NCBI GenBank assembly: GCA_903945325.1 | Contig: CAJAVE010000223.1 | Span: forward strand, 6,377-38,376 | Length of the DNA stretch: 32,000 nt | Direction: 5' to 3' | DNA from: an uncultured beta proteobacterium | Lineage (GTDB): Bacteria > Pseudomonadota > Gammaproteobacteria > Burkholderiales > Burkholderiaceae_C | Part shown: in pieces, positions 1 to 8,266 of the stretch | How the letters are laid out: each line of letters opens with the position of its first letter | Position numbering within the stretch: the first letter of the stretch is position 1 | Made by a program: the position numbers and the translations under genes | The notes under the pieces: model-generated | Database searches by the model: none | What the model was told of the DNA's origin: nothing | Seen by the model: only the letters and a program-made list of their open reading frames with translations

Positions 1-233
1 AGCCGCGCTGACAGATCCCAGTAGGCCGCCCAAGGCTCCAGCGGGTGGCCACGCACCTGGCTGAGCAAGCTGGTCAGGCGTTTGCGGTCGCGCTGCTTGT
101 AGGCTTGCGCCATGTCGAGGACGGTGGAGTCGCCACGCGCTGCGTCCCGGTTTTGTGCGCAGAGCGGGGCGGGTGAACCGAAGAGCGCAGCGCCCGTGAG
201 CGCTATCGATGTCAAAATGGCTGAAAACTGCAT
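1..233 (-). CDS. Soluble lytic murein transglycosylase-like protein, N-terminal part (gene runs off the left edge)
   Basis: Hand translation of the minus strand from the ATG (complement of 231-233) gives MQFSAILTSIALTGAALFGSPAPLCAQNRDAARGDSTVLDMAQAYKQRDRKRLTSLLSQVRGHPLEPWAAYWDLSARL... The start is signal-peptide-like and an in-frame TGA lies just upstream. The pattern matches what I recall of Slt70-type N-termini. It is absent from the ORF track because the window edge cuts it. Confidence 0.45.
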   Translation of the reverse strand, partial: MQFSAILTSIALTGAALFGSPAPLCAQNRDAARGDSTVLDMAQAYKQRDRKRLTSLLSQVRGHPLEPWAAYWDLSAR

Positions 234-842
234 GTGGGGATTATGGACAACTCAGACACATCCAAGACGGCGGCCAAAAAAGCCTTGCGCCGGCAACTCC
301 TTGAACAACGCCTGAACCTGCCGGATCGGCTGGAGCAGGCCGATCTGTTGCAGCAAGTCATGCGCATCTGGCTGGTGGGGCGACCGGATACCGTTATCGG
401 TGCCTATTGGCCCATCAAGGGGGAGTTTGACCCTTTGCCAGCTCTACACCGCTGGAAGGAAGACGGCGAGCTACTGGACCAGCCGCAGCGCAGGCGCATC
501 GGCCTGCCCGTGGTGAACAAAGAGCACAAGACCATGACCTTTCACGTCTGGTACCCGGGTTGCCCGATGGAGGAAGACGCCTACGGCATCCCCAAACCCA
601 AAGACACCGAGGTCGTTGTGCCCACCCTGTTGTTCGCGCCCTGTGTGGGATACGGGCCGGGCGGCTACCGCCTGGGCTATGGCGGCGGTTTTTATGACCG
701 CATGATGGCCGCGTTGCACCCCAGGCCATTCACTGTGGGGCTGGGCTTTGGCGTGGGCTTTGTGGAAGACTTTGAGCCCGAGTCGCATGATGTGCCACTG
801 GACGCCATTCTCAACAACCACGGAGTGGTTTGGCCGGTGTAG
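234..842 (+). CDS. 5-formyltetrahydrofolate cyclo-ligase
   Basis: 202-aa ORF with a ...GYGGGFYDR... C-terminal motif and GAYWPIKGEFD, typical of MTHFS/YgfA. The start may instead be the ATG at 243. Confidence 0.85.
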   Translation: MGIMDNSDTSKTAAKKALRRQLLEQRLNLPDRLEQADLLQQVMRIWLVGRPDTVIGAYWPIKGEFDPLPALHRWKEDGELLDQPQRRRIGLPVVNKEHKTMTFHVWYPGCPMEEDAYGIPKPKDTEVVVPTLLFAPCVGYGPGGYRLGYGGGFYDRMMAALHPRPFTVGLGFGVGFVEDFEPESHDVPLDAILNNHGVVWPV

Positions 843-902
843 GATTGACGACCACCGTCCCTTCGGGGACCTCAATAATTGAACCAAAACAGGAATTGCA
901 AC

Positions 903-2060
903 ATGCCCGACGCACCCACCAAGACCGCCAAACCCGCTGCTGCCAAGAGGACCACCCGGTCGGTGGCACGCAAGGCCGCGCAGGGTGACATCGCGCCGTC
1001 GACCAAGGCCCGTGCGCTGGGCAAGTTCATTGCCACCGAAGCCATTGACGCGGCGCAAGGCAAGGCCATAGCCGCCGCGCTGGATCTGGTTCGCCCTGGC
1101 GCCACCGGTACACCCGAGCAGCGCGCCAAAGGCCTGCGAGCCATGCTGGAAGGTGCATCTCCAGACGATGCGCGCGTACTGCGTGAGGCCTTGACCGGAC
1201 GGCTCAAGGGTGAGTCGGGGAAGAAGGGCATCAACCCCGACGACCTGCTGTCGGACGACTGGCGCGATGGCGGCTATCCCTACCGCAACCTGATGCGCCG
1301 CAGCAGCTACGAAGAAACCAAGTTTCATCTGCAGGTGGAGTTGCTGAAATTACAGGCCTGGGTCAAGGAGACCGGCCAACGCGTGGTCATCCTGTTTGAA
1401 GGACGCGATGCCGCTGGCAAGGGCGGCGCCATCAAGCGTTTCATGGAGCACCTGAACCCGCGGGGTGCACGCGTGGTGGCGCTGGAAAAGCCCAGTGAAA
1501 TGGAGCGCGGGCAATGGTACTTTCAGCGCTATGTACAGCACTTGCCCACGCGCGGCGAGATCGTGCTGGCGGACCGCAGCTGGTACAACCGCGCCGGTGT
1601 GGAGCGCGTGATGGGCTTTTGCACCAACGAGGAGTACGCCGAGTTCATGCGCCAGACGCCCGAGTTCGAGCGCCACCTGGTGCGCAGCGGCGTGCACCTG
1701 ATCAAATTCTGGTTCAGCGTCAGCCGCAAGGAGCAGCGCCGACGCTTCAAGGAGCGCGAGAATCACCCGCTCAAGCAGTGGAAGCTGAGTCCGGTGGATC
1801 TGGCCTCGCTGGACAAATGGGAGGACTACACCCGCGCCAAGGAGAGCATGTTTTTTGATACCGACACGGCCGACTCGCCCTGGACCGTGATCAAGAGCGA
1901 CTGCAAAAAGCGCGCACGCCTCAACGCCATGCGCTACGTGCTGCACAAGCTGCCGTACACCAACAAGGACATCGCGCAGGTTGGCAAGCTCGACCCGCTG
2001 ATCGTGGGCCGCGCCCATGTGGTGTACGAGCGCGGCGAGAACGCCAGCGCGATTTTGTAA
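903..2060 (+). CDS. ppk2: Polyphosphate kinase 2 with a ~130-aa basic/Ala-rich N-terminal extension
   Basis: Walker A GRDAAGKGG is followed by RGQWYFQRY and DRSWYNRAGVERVMGF, the PPK2 signature. ATG 903 is preceded by AGGA. The track ORF begins at TTG 879. Confidence 0.9.
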   Translation: MPDAPTKTAKPAAAKRTTRSVARKAAQGDIAPSTKARALGKFIATEAIDAAQGKAIAAALDLVRPGATGTPEQRAKGLRAMLEGASPDDARVLREALTGRLKGESGKKGINPDDLLSDDWRDGGYPYRNLMRRSSYEETKFHLQVELLKLQAWVKETGQRVVILFEGRDAAGKGGAIKRFMEHLNPRGARVVALEKPSEMERGQWYFQRYVQHLPTRGEIVLADRSWYNRAGVERVMGFCTNEEYAEFMRQTPEFERHLVRSGVHLIKFWFSVSRKEQRRRFKERENHPLKQWKLSPVDLASLDKWEDYTRAKESMFFDTDTADSPWTVIKSDCKKRARLNAMRYVLHKLPYTNKDIAQVGKLDPLIVGRAHVVYERGENASAIL

Positions 2061-2070
2061 GGTCGCGACC

Positions 2071-2508
2071 TCAAGCCTTTGGCCAGCGGTATCCCAGCAC
2101 GGTGGCCTTGGGGTAATAGTGCTCACGCACCTGGTCCAGTTGATTGCCACCGAGCAAATGGATGTGTTCTCCATCCAGGCGCAAGAAAAACCCCACATGA
2201 CCCCGCCACCCCGCAGGGTCGTCGCGTGACAGCACGGCAATGCAACCCGGCACGGGCTCAACAAGGGGCTCTCCCCAGTTGAGCCATGACCGTGCCAGGG
2301 CCGATCCGGTTCCCTCCAGGCCTGTTTGTGCCAGTGACCAGTTCACAAACGATGAACACCACGATGCCTTGTCGTCATAACCGGCGATATTGGTGTGCGC
2401 GTGGTACTGGGTCACGCGCGGGTTGCTCTGACCGGTGGGATAGGTTGACACTCCGATTTCCTGGCGGGCAATGGCCATCCAGGGAGGAAAATCCACCGTG
2501 TTGACCAT
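2071..2508 (-). CDS. TIGR02594-type NlpC/P60-CHAP-like cell-wall hydrolase family protein
   Basis: ...SNPRVTQYHAHTNIAGYDDKASWCSSFVNW...GHVGFF...LLGGNQ... shows Cys/His hydrolase spacing, as I recall for the TIGR02594 family. Start ATG 2508 is chosen; alternatives are TTG 2526 and ATG 2478. Confidence 0.7.
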   Translation of the reverse strand: MVNTVDFPPWMAIARQEIGVSTYPTGQSNPRVTQYHAHTNIAGYDDKASWCSSFVNWSLAQTGLEGTGSALARSWLNWGEPLVEPVPGCIAVLSRDDPAGWRGHVGFFLRLDGEHIHLLGGNQLDQVREHYYPKATVLGYRWPKA

Positions 2509-2522
2509 CGGTGGGGCGGCAA

Positions 2523-2987
2523 TCAAGGCCGTGGCACCCTGCTGAACGTCTTCATCACAATCGCCCGATCATCGTTATCGGCAATGGCAGCGACGGCAGC
2601 AGATGCGCTCTCGTAGGCCCTTCGGTGTACCGCGCTGGCACCGGCCACGCTGGCGGCGTGGGCGTAAATCGCGTGGGCGAATGCGATTTCCCAGTCCGGG
2701 GTGTCATGGCTGGTGAAATAGGCATGCATCTCCTGCGCGAACCCGTATGCGGACGCGCCGTGCCCCAGTTGCGCATGCACTTCAGCCAGCAGCATGGTGG
2801 CGCGCATGCGGTTGAGTTCGGTGCCAATGGCGCTCCAGTGCCAGGCGGAGGCATGGGCGGTGTCCAGCATTTCTCGGTCTTCGGCCGGTGTCCGGGCCAC
2901 CACCGCCAGGTCCCAGGCGCGGTTGTTGGCGTCAATGGCAAAGCGTTTGTGCCAGGTGGTGATATCGGTGGGTTCAGCTGCTTGCAT
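2523..2987 (-). CDS. Hypothetical helical protein (no family recognised)
   Basis: ATG 2987 is preceded by AGGAG at 7-nt spacing. The gene ends 14 nt before (or overlaps) the downstream TIGR02594 gene, suggesting an operon. Confidence 0.6.
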   Translation of the reverse strand: MQAAEPTDITTWHKRFAIDANNRAWDLAVVARTPAEDREMLDTAHASAWHWSAIGTELNRMRATMLLAEVHAQLGHGASAYGFAQEMHAYFTSHDTPDWEIAFAHAIYAHAASVAGASAVHRRAYESASAAVAAIADNDDRAIVMKTFSRVPRP

Positions 2988-3012
2988 TGTGGTGCTCCTG
3001 TTTGCGGAAATT

Positions 3013-3999
3013 TTACGACCCACGCTGCGCTGGAGCGTGGGGAATCACTTCACCTATTGTCTCGCGTGTCGATTGCGCCTGGCGCCGCAACCACGCACAA
3101 AATGCGGCAATTTCAGGGCGCTGACCGCTGCGCGGCCCCACGATCAACCAGTACGCCAGGGGCGACTCCAGCCGGGTGCCCGGCAACACCTCGACCAGGC
3201 TTCCATTGGCCAGGCTGTCGGCAATCAGCGGCATTCGGGTCAAAGCCACGCCCTGGCCGGTCAGCGCTGCCTGGGCAATCTGATGTGCGTAGTTGAAATA
3301 CAGCCAGCGTTTGGGCTCAAAACTCTTGAGTCCCTGCACATCCAGCCAGCGTTGCCAGGTGAGCCATTCCAGGTGCTGGCTGCGGTAGGCGTCACCGGCC
3401 TCAATCAATGCAAACTGGGTCAGATCTTTGGCGTTCTTCAATGATGGGCCGCTGTTGAGCAGCCATGGGCTGGCCACCGGCGTCAGCTGTTCGCCAAACA
3501 GGCGCTCGGCCTGCGCAGGCACCGTGGTCGGCAAGGCATAGCGCAACACCAGGTCGACATCCGATGTTTCCAGGTCCACCGATACGTCGGTTGCATCGAT
3601 GCGGATGTCAATGTCGGGGTGCTCGCTCTGGAACGATTCCAGTCGCGGGATCAGCCACAGGGACGCAAACGACGCCCAGGTGCTGATCGAGACAATCTTG
3701 CGCCCGGCGTTCTGGCGGATCAGGCGCACCGCACTGTCAATGCGCTCCAGCGATGGCGACACGGCCCGCAGCAACTGCGTGCCCGCACTGGTGAGTTCCA
3801 CCGCCCGGGTGTGGCGCAAAAAAAGGGCCACACCGATCTCGCTTTCCAGCGCCTGAATCTGGCGGCTGACGGCGGACTGGGTTAGCGCCATGTCGTCCGC
3901 GGCGGCGCGGAAATTCAAGTGCCGCGCCACCGCCATAAAGGCGCGAAGGTGGCCGATCGCAATGGTGCGGGTGCGCAAGGTGGTGTGCGGGTTTTTCAT
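3013..3999 (-). CDS. LysR-family transcriptional regulator
   Basis: N-terminal HTH HLRAFMAVARHLNFRAAADDMALTQSAVSRQIQALE. The real start is ATG at complement 3997-3999 (MKNPHTT...). The longer track ORF (to 4311) overlaps tfoX and is rejected. Confidence 0.9.
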   Translation of the reverse strand: MKNPHTTLRTRTIAIGHLRAFMAVARHLNFRAAADDMALTQSAVSRQIQALESEIGVALFLRHTRAVELTSAGTQLLRAVSPSLERIDSAVRLIRQNAGRKIVSISTWASFASLWLIPRLESFQSEHPDIDIRIDATDVSVDLETSDVDLVLRYALPTTVPAQAERLFGEQLTPVASPWLLNSGPSLKNAKDLTQFALIEAGDAYRSQHLEWLTWQRWLDVQGLKSFEPKRWLYFNYAHQIAQAALTGQGVALTRMPLIADSLANGSLVEVLPGTRLESPLAYWLIVGPRSGQRPEIAAFCAWLRRQAQSTRETIGEVIPHAPAQRGS

Positions 4000-4400
4000 G
4001 CGCGGGGCACTTTTTTGACAGCCTTTCTGGGCGCCTTTTTGGTGTTTTTGGCGACCAAAGCCGCCTGCAGTGCCATGCGGGCCCAGGCTGCCATGGCGTG
4101 GGGTGAGTCCATGGCATCTTCGGGGGCGCTGTAGTAGTTTGCGCTGCGTGACACCGGCTCGCCGCCCTTGCTGGAGGCGTAGGTAAACCGCTCGCAGCCA
4201 GCCGCCTCCCATTGGTGGCGGTTTTCGTCGCTGGCTTTCAGCCACAGCTTTTCGCCGCTGCCCAGGTCGGCAATGATGGCAATGGTCAGTCCGTCGGTGC
4301 TGAGCCCCCACCCGCCGAACATGCGTTTGGCGGTGCAGGGGCCAGCGCTGGAGAGAATTTCACAGCAATACAGGGCAAAGTCGGATGGTGCAGTGGCCAT
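3996..4400 (-). CDS. TfoX N-terminal domain protein
   Basis: ...AKRMFGGWGLSTDG... is a TfoX_N-like core with a Lys-rich tail. Its stop overlaps the lysR ATG (ATGA), consistent with translational coupling. Confidence 0.75.
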   Translation of the reverse strand: MATAPSDFALYCCEILSSAGPCTAKRMFGGWGLSTDGLTIAIIADLGSGEKLWLKASDENRHQWEAAGCERFTYASSKGGEPVSRSANYYSAPEDAMDSPHAMAAWARMALQAALVAKNTKKAPRKAVKKVPRA

Positions 4401-4418
4401 AGTGATTCAGTCGTCGCC

Positions 4419-4490
4419 GGGCCGCCCCAAGACGACTGAGGCCCCCTTGGGGGGCAGCACAGTACGCGAAGCGACAAGCGTGGGGGTCAT
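4419..4490 (+). repeat. 72-nt GC-rich intergenic repeat, copy A (REP/MITE-like)
   Basis: Shares the blocks gggccgccccaag, ggccccc(t)ttggggggcagc and cgcgaagcgacaagcgtgggggtcat with 30904-30976, in the same orientation. It contains ccccaag/cttgggg and ccccc/ggggg pairing potential. Confidence 0.8.
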
Positions 4491-4492
4491 GT

Positions 4493-5410
4493 TTACATTG
4501 CTGATGGGGGTTGGTCTGCGGGCGCATCCTCATTGCGCTGTGCGGCCAGGGCACGGGCATCGACTTCATAGCCCTTGAGTGTCTGCACCAACCGTGTGCG
4601 CTGCTCGGGCGTGCTGCTGTTGTGCAGGGCGGCCATGGCGGCGCAACCTTCGGTCGTGAGCTGCTCCAAGTAGCGGCGATAGGCGGGAGCTGGCGCTTTG
4701 AAGGTGCGCTCCAGCAGCCCCCGAACTTGCGCGCCGGCCTGGGTGGGAGCGATTTCGCCCGCGCGGACTTTTCTCAACACCTGTAGCGCGTCTTTTTGCC
4801 GACGCTGCGTTTCCTGGAACTGGCGCGGTCCATCAAAACTGGAGTTGGCAATGTGGGCACGCACTACAGCCTCTTGTACGCTGGTGAGGTTGCCGTAAAA
4901 GGACTCGGCCCGGTCCACCAACTGTTTCATGCGCCGCTCGGAGCGTTCGACCGGTGTGCCTGCTATCCATTCATCCTGCCATTTGCGGTTGCGCCGCTCG
5001 AACTCCTTCGACATGTGTTCCAGCTGGGCGTTTTGCAGCCCGGGTGCCAATGCGGCAATGGTCGGGGTGACGCGCTCCAGCGTCACTTGCACGCGTGTCT
5101 GCAAGTCGCTGACGATGGCGCACACCTGTTCGCTGTTGACCTGTTTTTGCGCCATGGTTTGCAGTTCATTGAGCTTTTGCGCCAGCAACGGGACCTCCGT
5201 GGTGCGGTGCCAATCCTGCAAGGCTTGCAGGTCGTTGCGCACGCGCAGGCTTTGCGCGTCATCAAAGTCAAAATAGCTGTCCAACCACCAGTAAATCAGG
5301 CTCGGGCTGTTGTTGTAGCCCAGCCGTACAGCGCTGCATCCGCCTAGTGCCAAGGTGGCAAGCAGCACGCCGATAATGGGTGCTGAATCAATAAAAGAGC
5401 GCAAACTCAT
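4493..5410 (-). CDS. Lipoprotein (DUF6279-like by recollection)
   Basis: Lipobox LALGGC follows a hydrophobic h-region. Start is either ATG 5410 (MSLRSFID...) or ATG 5428. Confidence 0.75.
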   Translation of the reverse strand: MSLRSFIDSAPIIGVLLATLALGGCSAVRLGYNNSPSLIYWWLDSYFDFDDAQSLRVRNDLQALQDWHRTTEVPLLAQKLNELQTMAQKQVNSEQVCAIVSDLQTRVQVTLERVTPTIAALAPGLQNAQLEHMSKEFERRNRKWQDEWIAGTPVERSERRMKQLVDRAESFYGNLTSVQEAVVRAHIANSSFDGPRQFQETQRRQKDALQVLRKVRAGEIAPTQAGAQVRGLLERTFKAPAPAYRRYLEQLTTEGCAAMAALHNSSTPEQRTRLVQTLKGYEVDARALAAQRNEDAPADQPPSAM

Positions 5411-5426
5411 ACGCGGTGAAAGGGAC

Positions 5427-6887
5427 ATGCAGATGACTTCCGGAAAACAGGCTCAAGGTGGTGCGCTGGAGGGCTCCCCCATCGACGTGGTCATTATGGC
5501 GGCGGGCAAGGGAACGCGCATGAAGAGCAGGCTGCCCAAGGTGCTGCACCCGCTGGCCGGGCGCTCCCTGCTGCGCCATGTACTGGACACGGCGCAAGCC
5601 TTGCAAGTGCGGCAGGCGGTGGTCATCACCGGGCATGGTGCTATCGAAGTAGAAGCTGCTTGCGCAATGGATACGGTGGCTGCAGGCCAATTGGCCATCA
5701 ATTTTGTACGCCAGGAGCCGCAGCTGGGAACCGGCCACGCGGTTCAGCAGGCGGTGCCGGTGCTGGCTGATGACGGTGTGGTAGTGGTGCTGTCGGGCGA
5801 TGTGCCGCTGACCCAGGCCGCCACCCTGTTCCACCTGATCACCGCCTGCGCTGGCAAGCATCTGGCGCTGCTGACGCTGGAGATGGACAACCCCGCCGGA
5901 TATGGGCGCATTGTGCGTTCCAGCGGCTCGCCAGACGGGGCCGTGCAGGCCATCATTGAGCACAAAGATGCCAGCGCTGCGCAGCACGCCATTACCGAGA
6001 TTTACAGCGGCATCATGGCCGTGCCTGCGGCGCAGCTCAAGCGCTGGCTGGCGCGGCTGGACAACCAAAACGCCCAGGGCGAGTTTTACCTGACCGATAT
6101 TGTGAAATTCGCAGTGGCCGATGGGGTGGGCGTGGTAGCCCACAAGATTACCGATGCAGTGCAGGTGGCGGGGGTCAACAGCCCTGTGCAGTTGGCCCAG
6201 CTGGAGCGCGCCTACCAGTTGCAGCAGGCGCACCGCCTGATGGAAGAAGGCGTGCGCCTGGCCGACCCGGCACGATTTGATGTGCGTGGCGATTTGCTGT
6301 GCGCGCACGAGGTCAGCATCGATGTGAATTGCGTGTTTGAGGGGCAGGTCAATCTGGGTGAAGGCGTGTCCATTGGTGCCAATTGCGTGATTGCCAATGC
6401 CGTCATCGAAGCGGGTGCTGTGATCCACCCATTCACCCATATCGACGGCGAAACTCTGGGTGTGACGGTGGGTGCAGGCGCCCTGATTGGCCCCTTTGCC
6501 CGCTTGCGCCCGGGTGCACGTCTGGGGGCAGAAGTGCATATTGGCAATTTTGTGGAAGTGAAGAACTCCACACTGGCCCGAGGCGCCAAGGCCAACCACC
6601 TGGCTTACCTTGGAGATGCGACGGTGGGTGAGCGCGTCAACTTTGGCGCGGGCAGCATCACCGCCAATTACGACGGCGCCAACAAGCACCGCACCGAGAT
6701 TGAGGCGGATGTCCATGTGGGCAGCAACTGCGTGCTGGTGGCGCCGGTTACGCTGGGTGCCGGCGGCACCGTCGGAGGTGGCTCCACCATCACCAAGAGC
6801 ACGCCTGCCGGTGCGCTAAGTGTGGCGCGTGGCAAGCAGGTCAGCATTGCCAACTGGGCTCGACCCAAAAAGCTGCCCACGGCATAA
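5427..6887 (+). CDS. glmU: Bifunctional UDP-N-acetylglucosamine diphosphorylase / glucosamine-1-phosphate N-acetyltransferase
   Basis: MAAGKGTRMKS nucleotidyltransferase motif plus C-terminal left-handed beta-helix hexapeptide repeats. The track ORF start at 5355 overlaps the divergent lipoprotein gene, so ATG 5427 or 5433 is preferred. Confidence 0.93.
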   Translation: MQMTSGKQAQGGALEGSPIDVVIMAAGKGTRMKSRLPKVLHPLAGRSLLRHVLDTAQALQVRQAVVITGHGAIEVEAACAMDTVAAGQLAINFVRQEPQLGTGHAVQQAVPVLADDGVVVVLSGDVPLTQAATLFHLITACAGKHLALLTLEMDNPAGYGRIVRSSGSPDGAVQAIIEHKDASAAQHAITEIYSGIMAVPAAQLKRWLARLDNQNAQGEFYLTDIVKFAVADGVGVVAHKITDAVQVAGVNSPVQLAQLERAYQLQQAHRLMEEGVRLADPARFDVRGDLLCAHEVSIDVNCVFEGQVNLGEGVSIGANCVIANAVIEAGAVIHPFTHIDGETLGVTVGAGALIGPFARLRPGARLGAEVHIGNFVEVKNSTLARGAKANHLAYLGDATVGERVNFGAGSITANYDGANKHRTEIEADVHVGSNCVLVAPVTLGAGGTVGGGSTITKSTPAGALSVARGKQVSIANWARPKKLPTA

Positions 6888-6909
6888 GGCATAAGACCGC
6901 ATTGACGCC

Positions 6910-7656
6910 ATGACCGACGCATCCGCAGAAGAACACATCGCCGCGCTACAGGCCGAACTGGCCGGACTGCGTGCCGAAATGCAGGCGTTCACTTCCACCG
7001 TGTCGCACGACCTGCGTGCGCCGCTGCGCCACATCGTGTCCTATGCGCAGATGGTGCAGGAGGACGCGGGGCCGCTGCTGAGCGAGGAGGTGAAGGAGTT
7101 TTTGGCCACCATCACCAGTTCGGCCCGCCACATGGGCTTGCTGCTCGATGGGTTGACGGCTTTGTCCAGAGTGGCGGCCGCGCCACTGCATCTGGAGCCG
7201 ATCGGGCTGCAGGACGCGGTCCAGGAGGCCTGTGACCGCTTGACATCCAAACACCCTCCGCGCGCAGTGGACTGGCAGGTGCAAATGGATCTGCCCGTAG
7301 TGCACGCCGATGCGTCGTTGTTGCAACGGGTGCTGGAGGAGTTGCTGGGCAACGCCCTGAAGTTCACTGCACCGCGAGACCGGGCGGTGATCGCCATTCG
7401 TGCCCTGCCATCGGCGCAGACAGGCGCTATGGTGCTGCAGGTGCAGGACAACGGTGTGGGCTTCAACCCGGCCATGCAGGCCAATCTGTTTCAGGTGTTT
7501 GGCCGTCTGCACAGTGCCCAGCAGTTTGAGGGCATTGGCATGGGGCTGGTGCTGTCACGCAAACGGCTGCAGTGCATGGGTGGTGCGCTGGACATTGAAG
7601 CCGTGGTCGACGGGGGGTGTTGCGTTACGCTGACGCTGCCACTGCCCCAGGGCTGA
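6910..7656 (+). CDS. Soluble histidine kinase with only a short coiled-coil N-terminus
   Basis: H-box VSHDLRAPL, N-box LLGNALKF, G1 DNGVGF and G2 GIGMGL. No TM, PAS or other sensor domain is visible ahead of the H-box. Confidence 0.85.
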   Translation: MTDASAEEHIAALQAELAGLRAEMQAFTSTVSHDLRAPLRHIVSYAQMVQEDAGPLLSEEVKEFLATITSSARHMGLLLDGLTALSRVAAAPLHLEPIGLQDAVQEACDRLTSKHPPRAVDWQVQMDLPVVHADASLLQRVLEELLGNALKFTAPRDRAVIAIRALPSAQTGAMVLQVQDNGVGFNPAMQANLFQVFGRLHSAQQFEGIGMGLVLSRKRLQCMGGALDIEAVVDGGCCVTLTLPLPQG

Positions 7657-8131
7657 GCGGTAGTTCCGCCCCAAACTTGCTGCGTTTGATGCTAAAGAAC
7701 GCTTTCACATTGCGCACATTGGCGTCACTTGTGAACAGTCGCTTGGTCAGAGCCTGGTAGTCCGGCATGTGCAGCGCGTGGACGACCAGCACAAAATCGG
7801 GGCCGGGCGACACCTGGTAGCACTGTTGCACGGCGTCGTCATTCGCAACGCGGTTCTCAAACGACAGCAGTGCATCGGCGTCTTGCCGGTCCAGCGTGAT
7901 CTCGACAATGGCTGTCAAACCATGCCCCACCACCTGCGCAACCAGCTGTGGGTTCAATATGGCAATCTGGCGCTCAATCAAGCCGGCATCATGCAGCCGC
8001 TTGACCCGGCGCAGACAGGTGGGTGGCGAGGTGTGAACCTGTGCGGCCAGGTCCTGGTTGCTCAGACTGGCATCACGCTGGAGTTGGCTGAGCAAGAGCA
8101 GGTCGATTGAATCAAGATCAATTAATTTCAT
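7625..8131 (-). CDS. Lrp/AsnC-family transcriptional regulator
   Basis: HTH ...LSNQDLAAQVHTSPPTCLRRVKRLHDAGLI... followed by an RAM-type C-terminal domain. It converges on the kinase gene with a 32-nt overlap. Confidence 0.88.
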   Translation of the reverse strand: MKLIDLDSIDLLLLSQLQRDASLSNQDLAAQVHTSPPTCLRRVKRLHDAGLIERQIAILNPQLVAQVVGHGLTAIVEITLDRQDADALLSFENRVANDDAVQQCYQVSPGPDFVLVVHALHMPDYQALTKRLFTSDANVRNVKAFFSIKRSKFGAELPLSPGAVAASA

Positions 8132-8266
8132 TTTTTTATAGATTTCAAACTAATATTTCATATTGATACAAAAGTGAAATTATATTTCTATTTTGTATGA
8201 ATATTGACAACATATTTTGTCATGTGAGACGTACGATTCGGCATCTTTTGTTCAGGGGGTACGGTT
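8132..8266. promoter_or_regulatory. Strongly AT-rich divergent control region between lrp/asnC and glmS
   Basis: About 110 nt of runs such as atatttcatattgatac and aaattatatttctattttgtatgaatattgac in an otherwise GC-rich genome. This is the sort of sequence Lrp-type proteins bind. No convincing -35/-10 pair could be fixed. Confidence 0.3.

Noticed and set aside
4000-4311. N-terminal extension of the LysR ORF in the track (432 aa).
   Set aside because: The extension is Arg/Pro/Gly-rich junk that overlaps the well-formed tfoX gene. The HTH begins right after the internal ATG at 3999, which overlaps the tfoX stop (ATGA).
4409-4492. Small minus-strand peptides MTPTLVASRT... encoded by both copies of the 72-nt repeat (also 30890-30978).
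   Set aside because: The two copies differ by a 1-nt indel that changes the downstream frame, and there is no SD. Conservation is at the nucleotide/structure level, so they are treated as a repeat element rather than a gene.
8203-8208. TTGACA hexamer upstream of glmS as a -35 box.
   Set aside because: No acceptable -10 hexamer occurs at 16-18 nt spacing, so the promoter is left unassigned.
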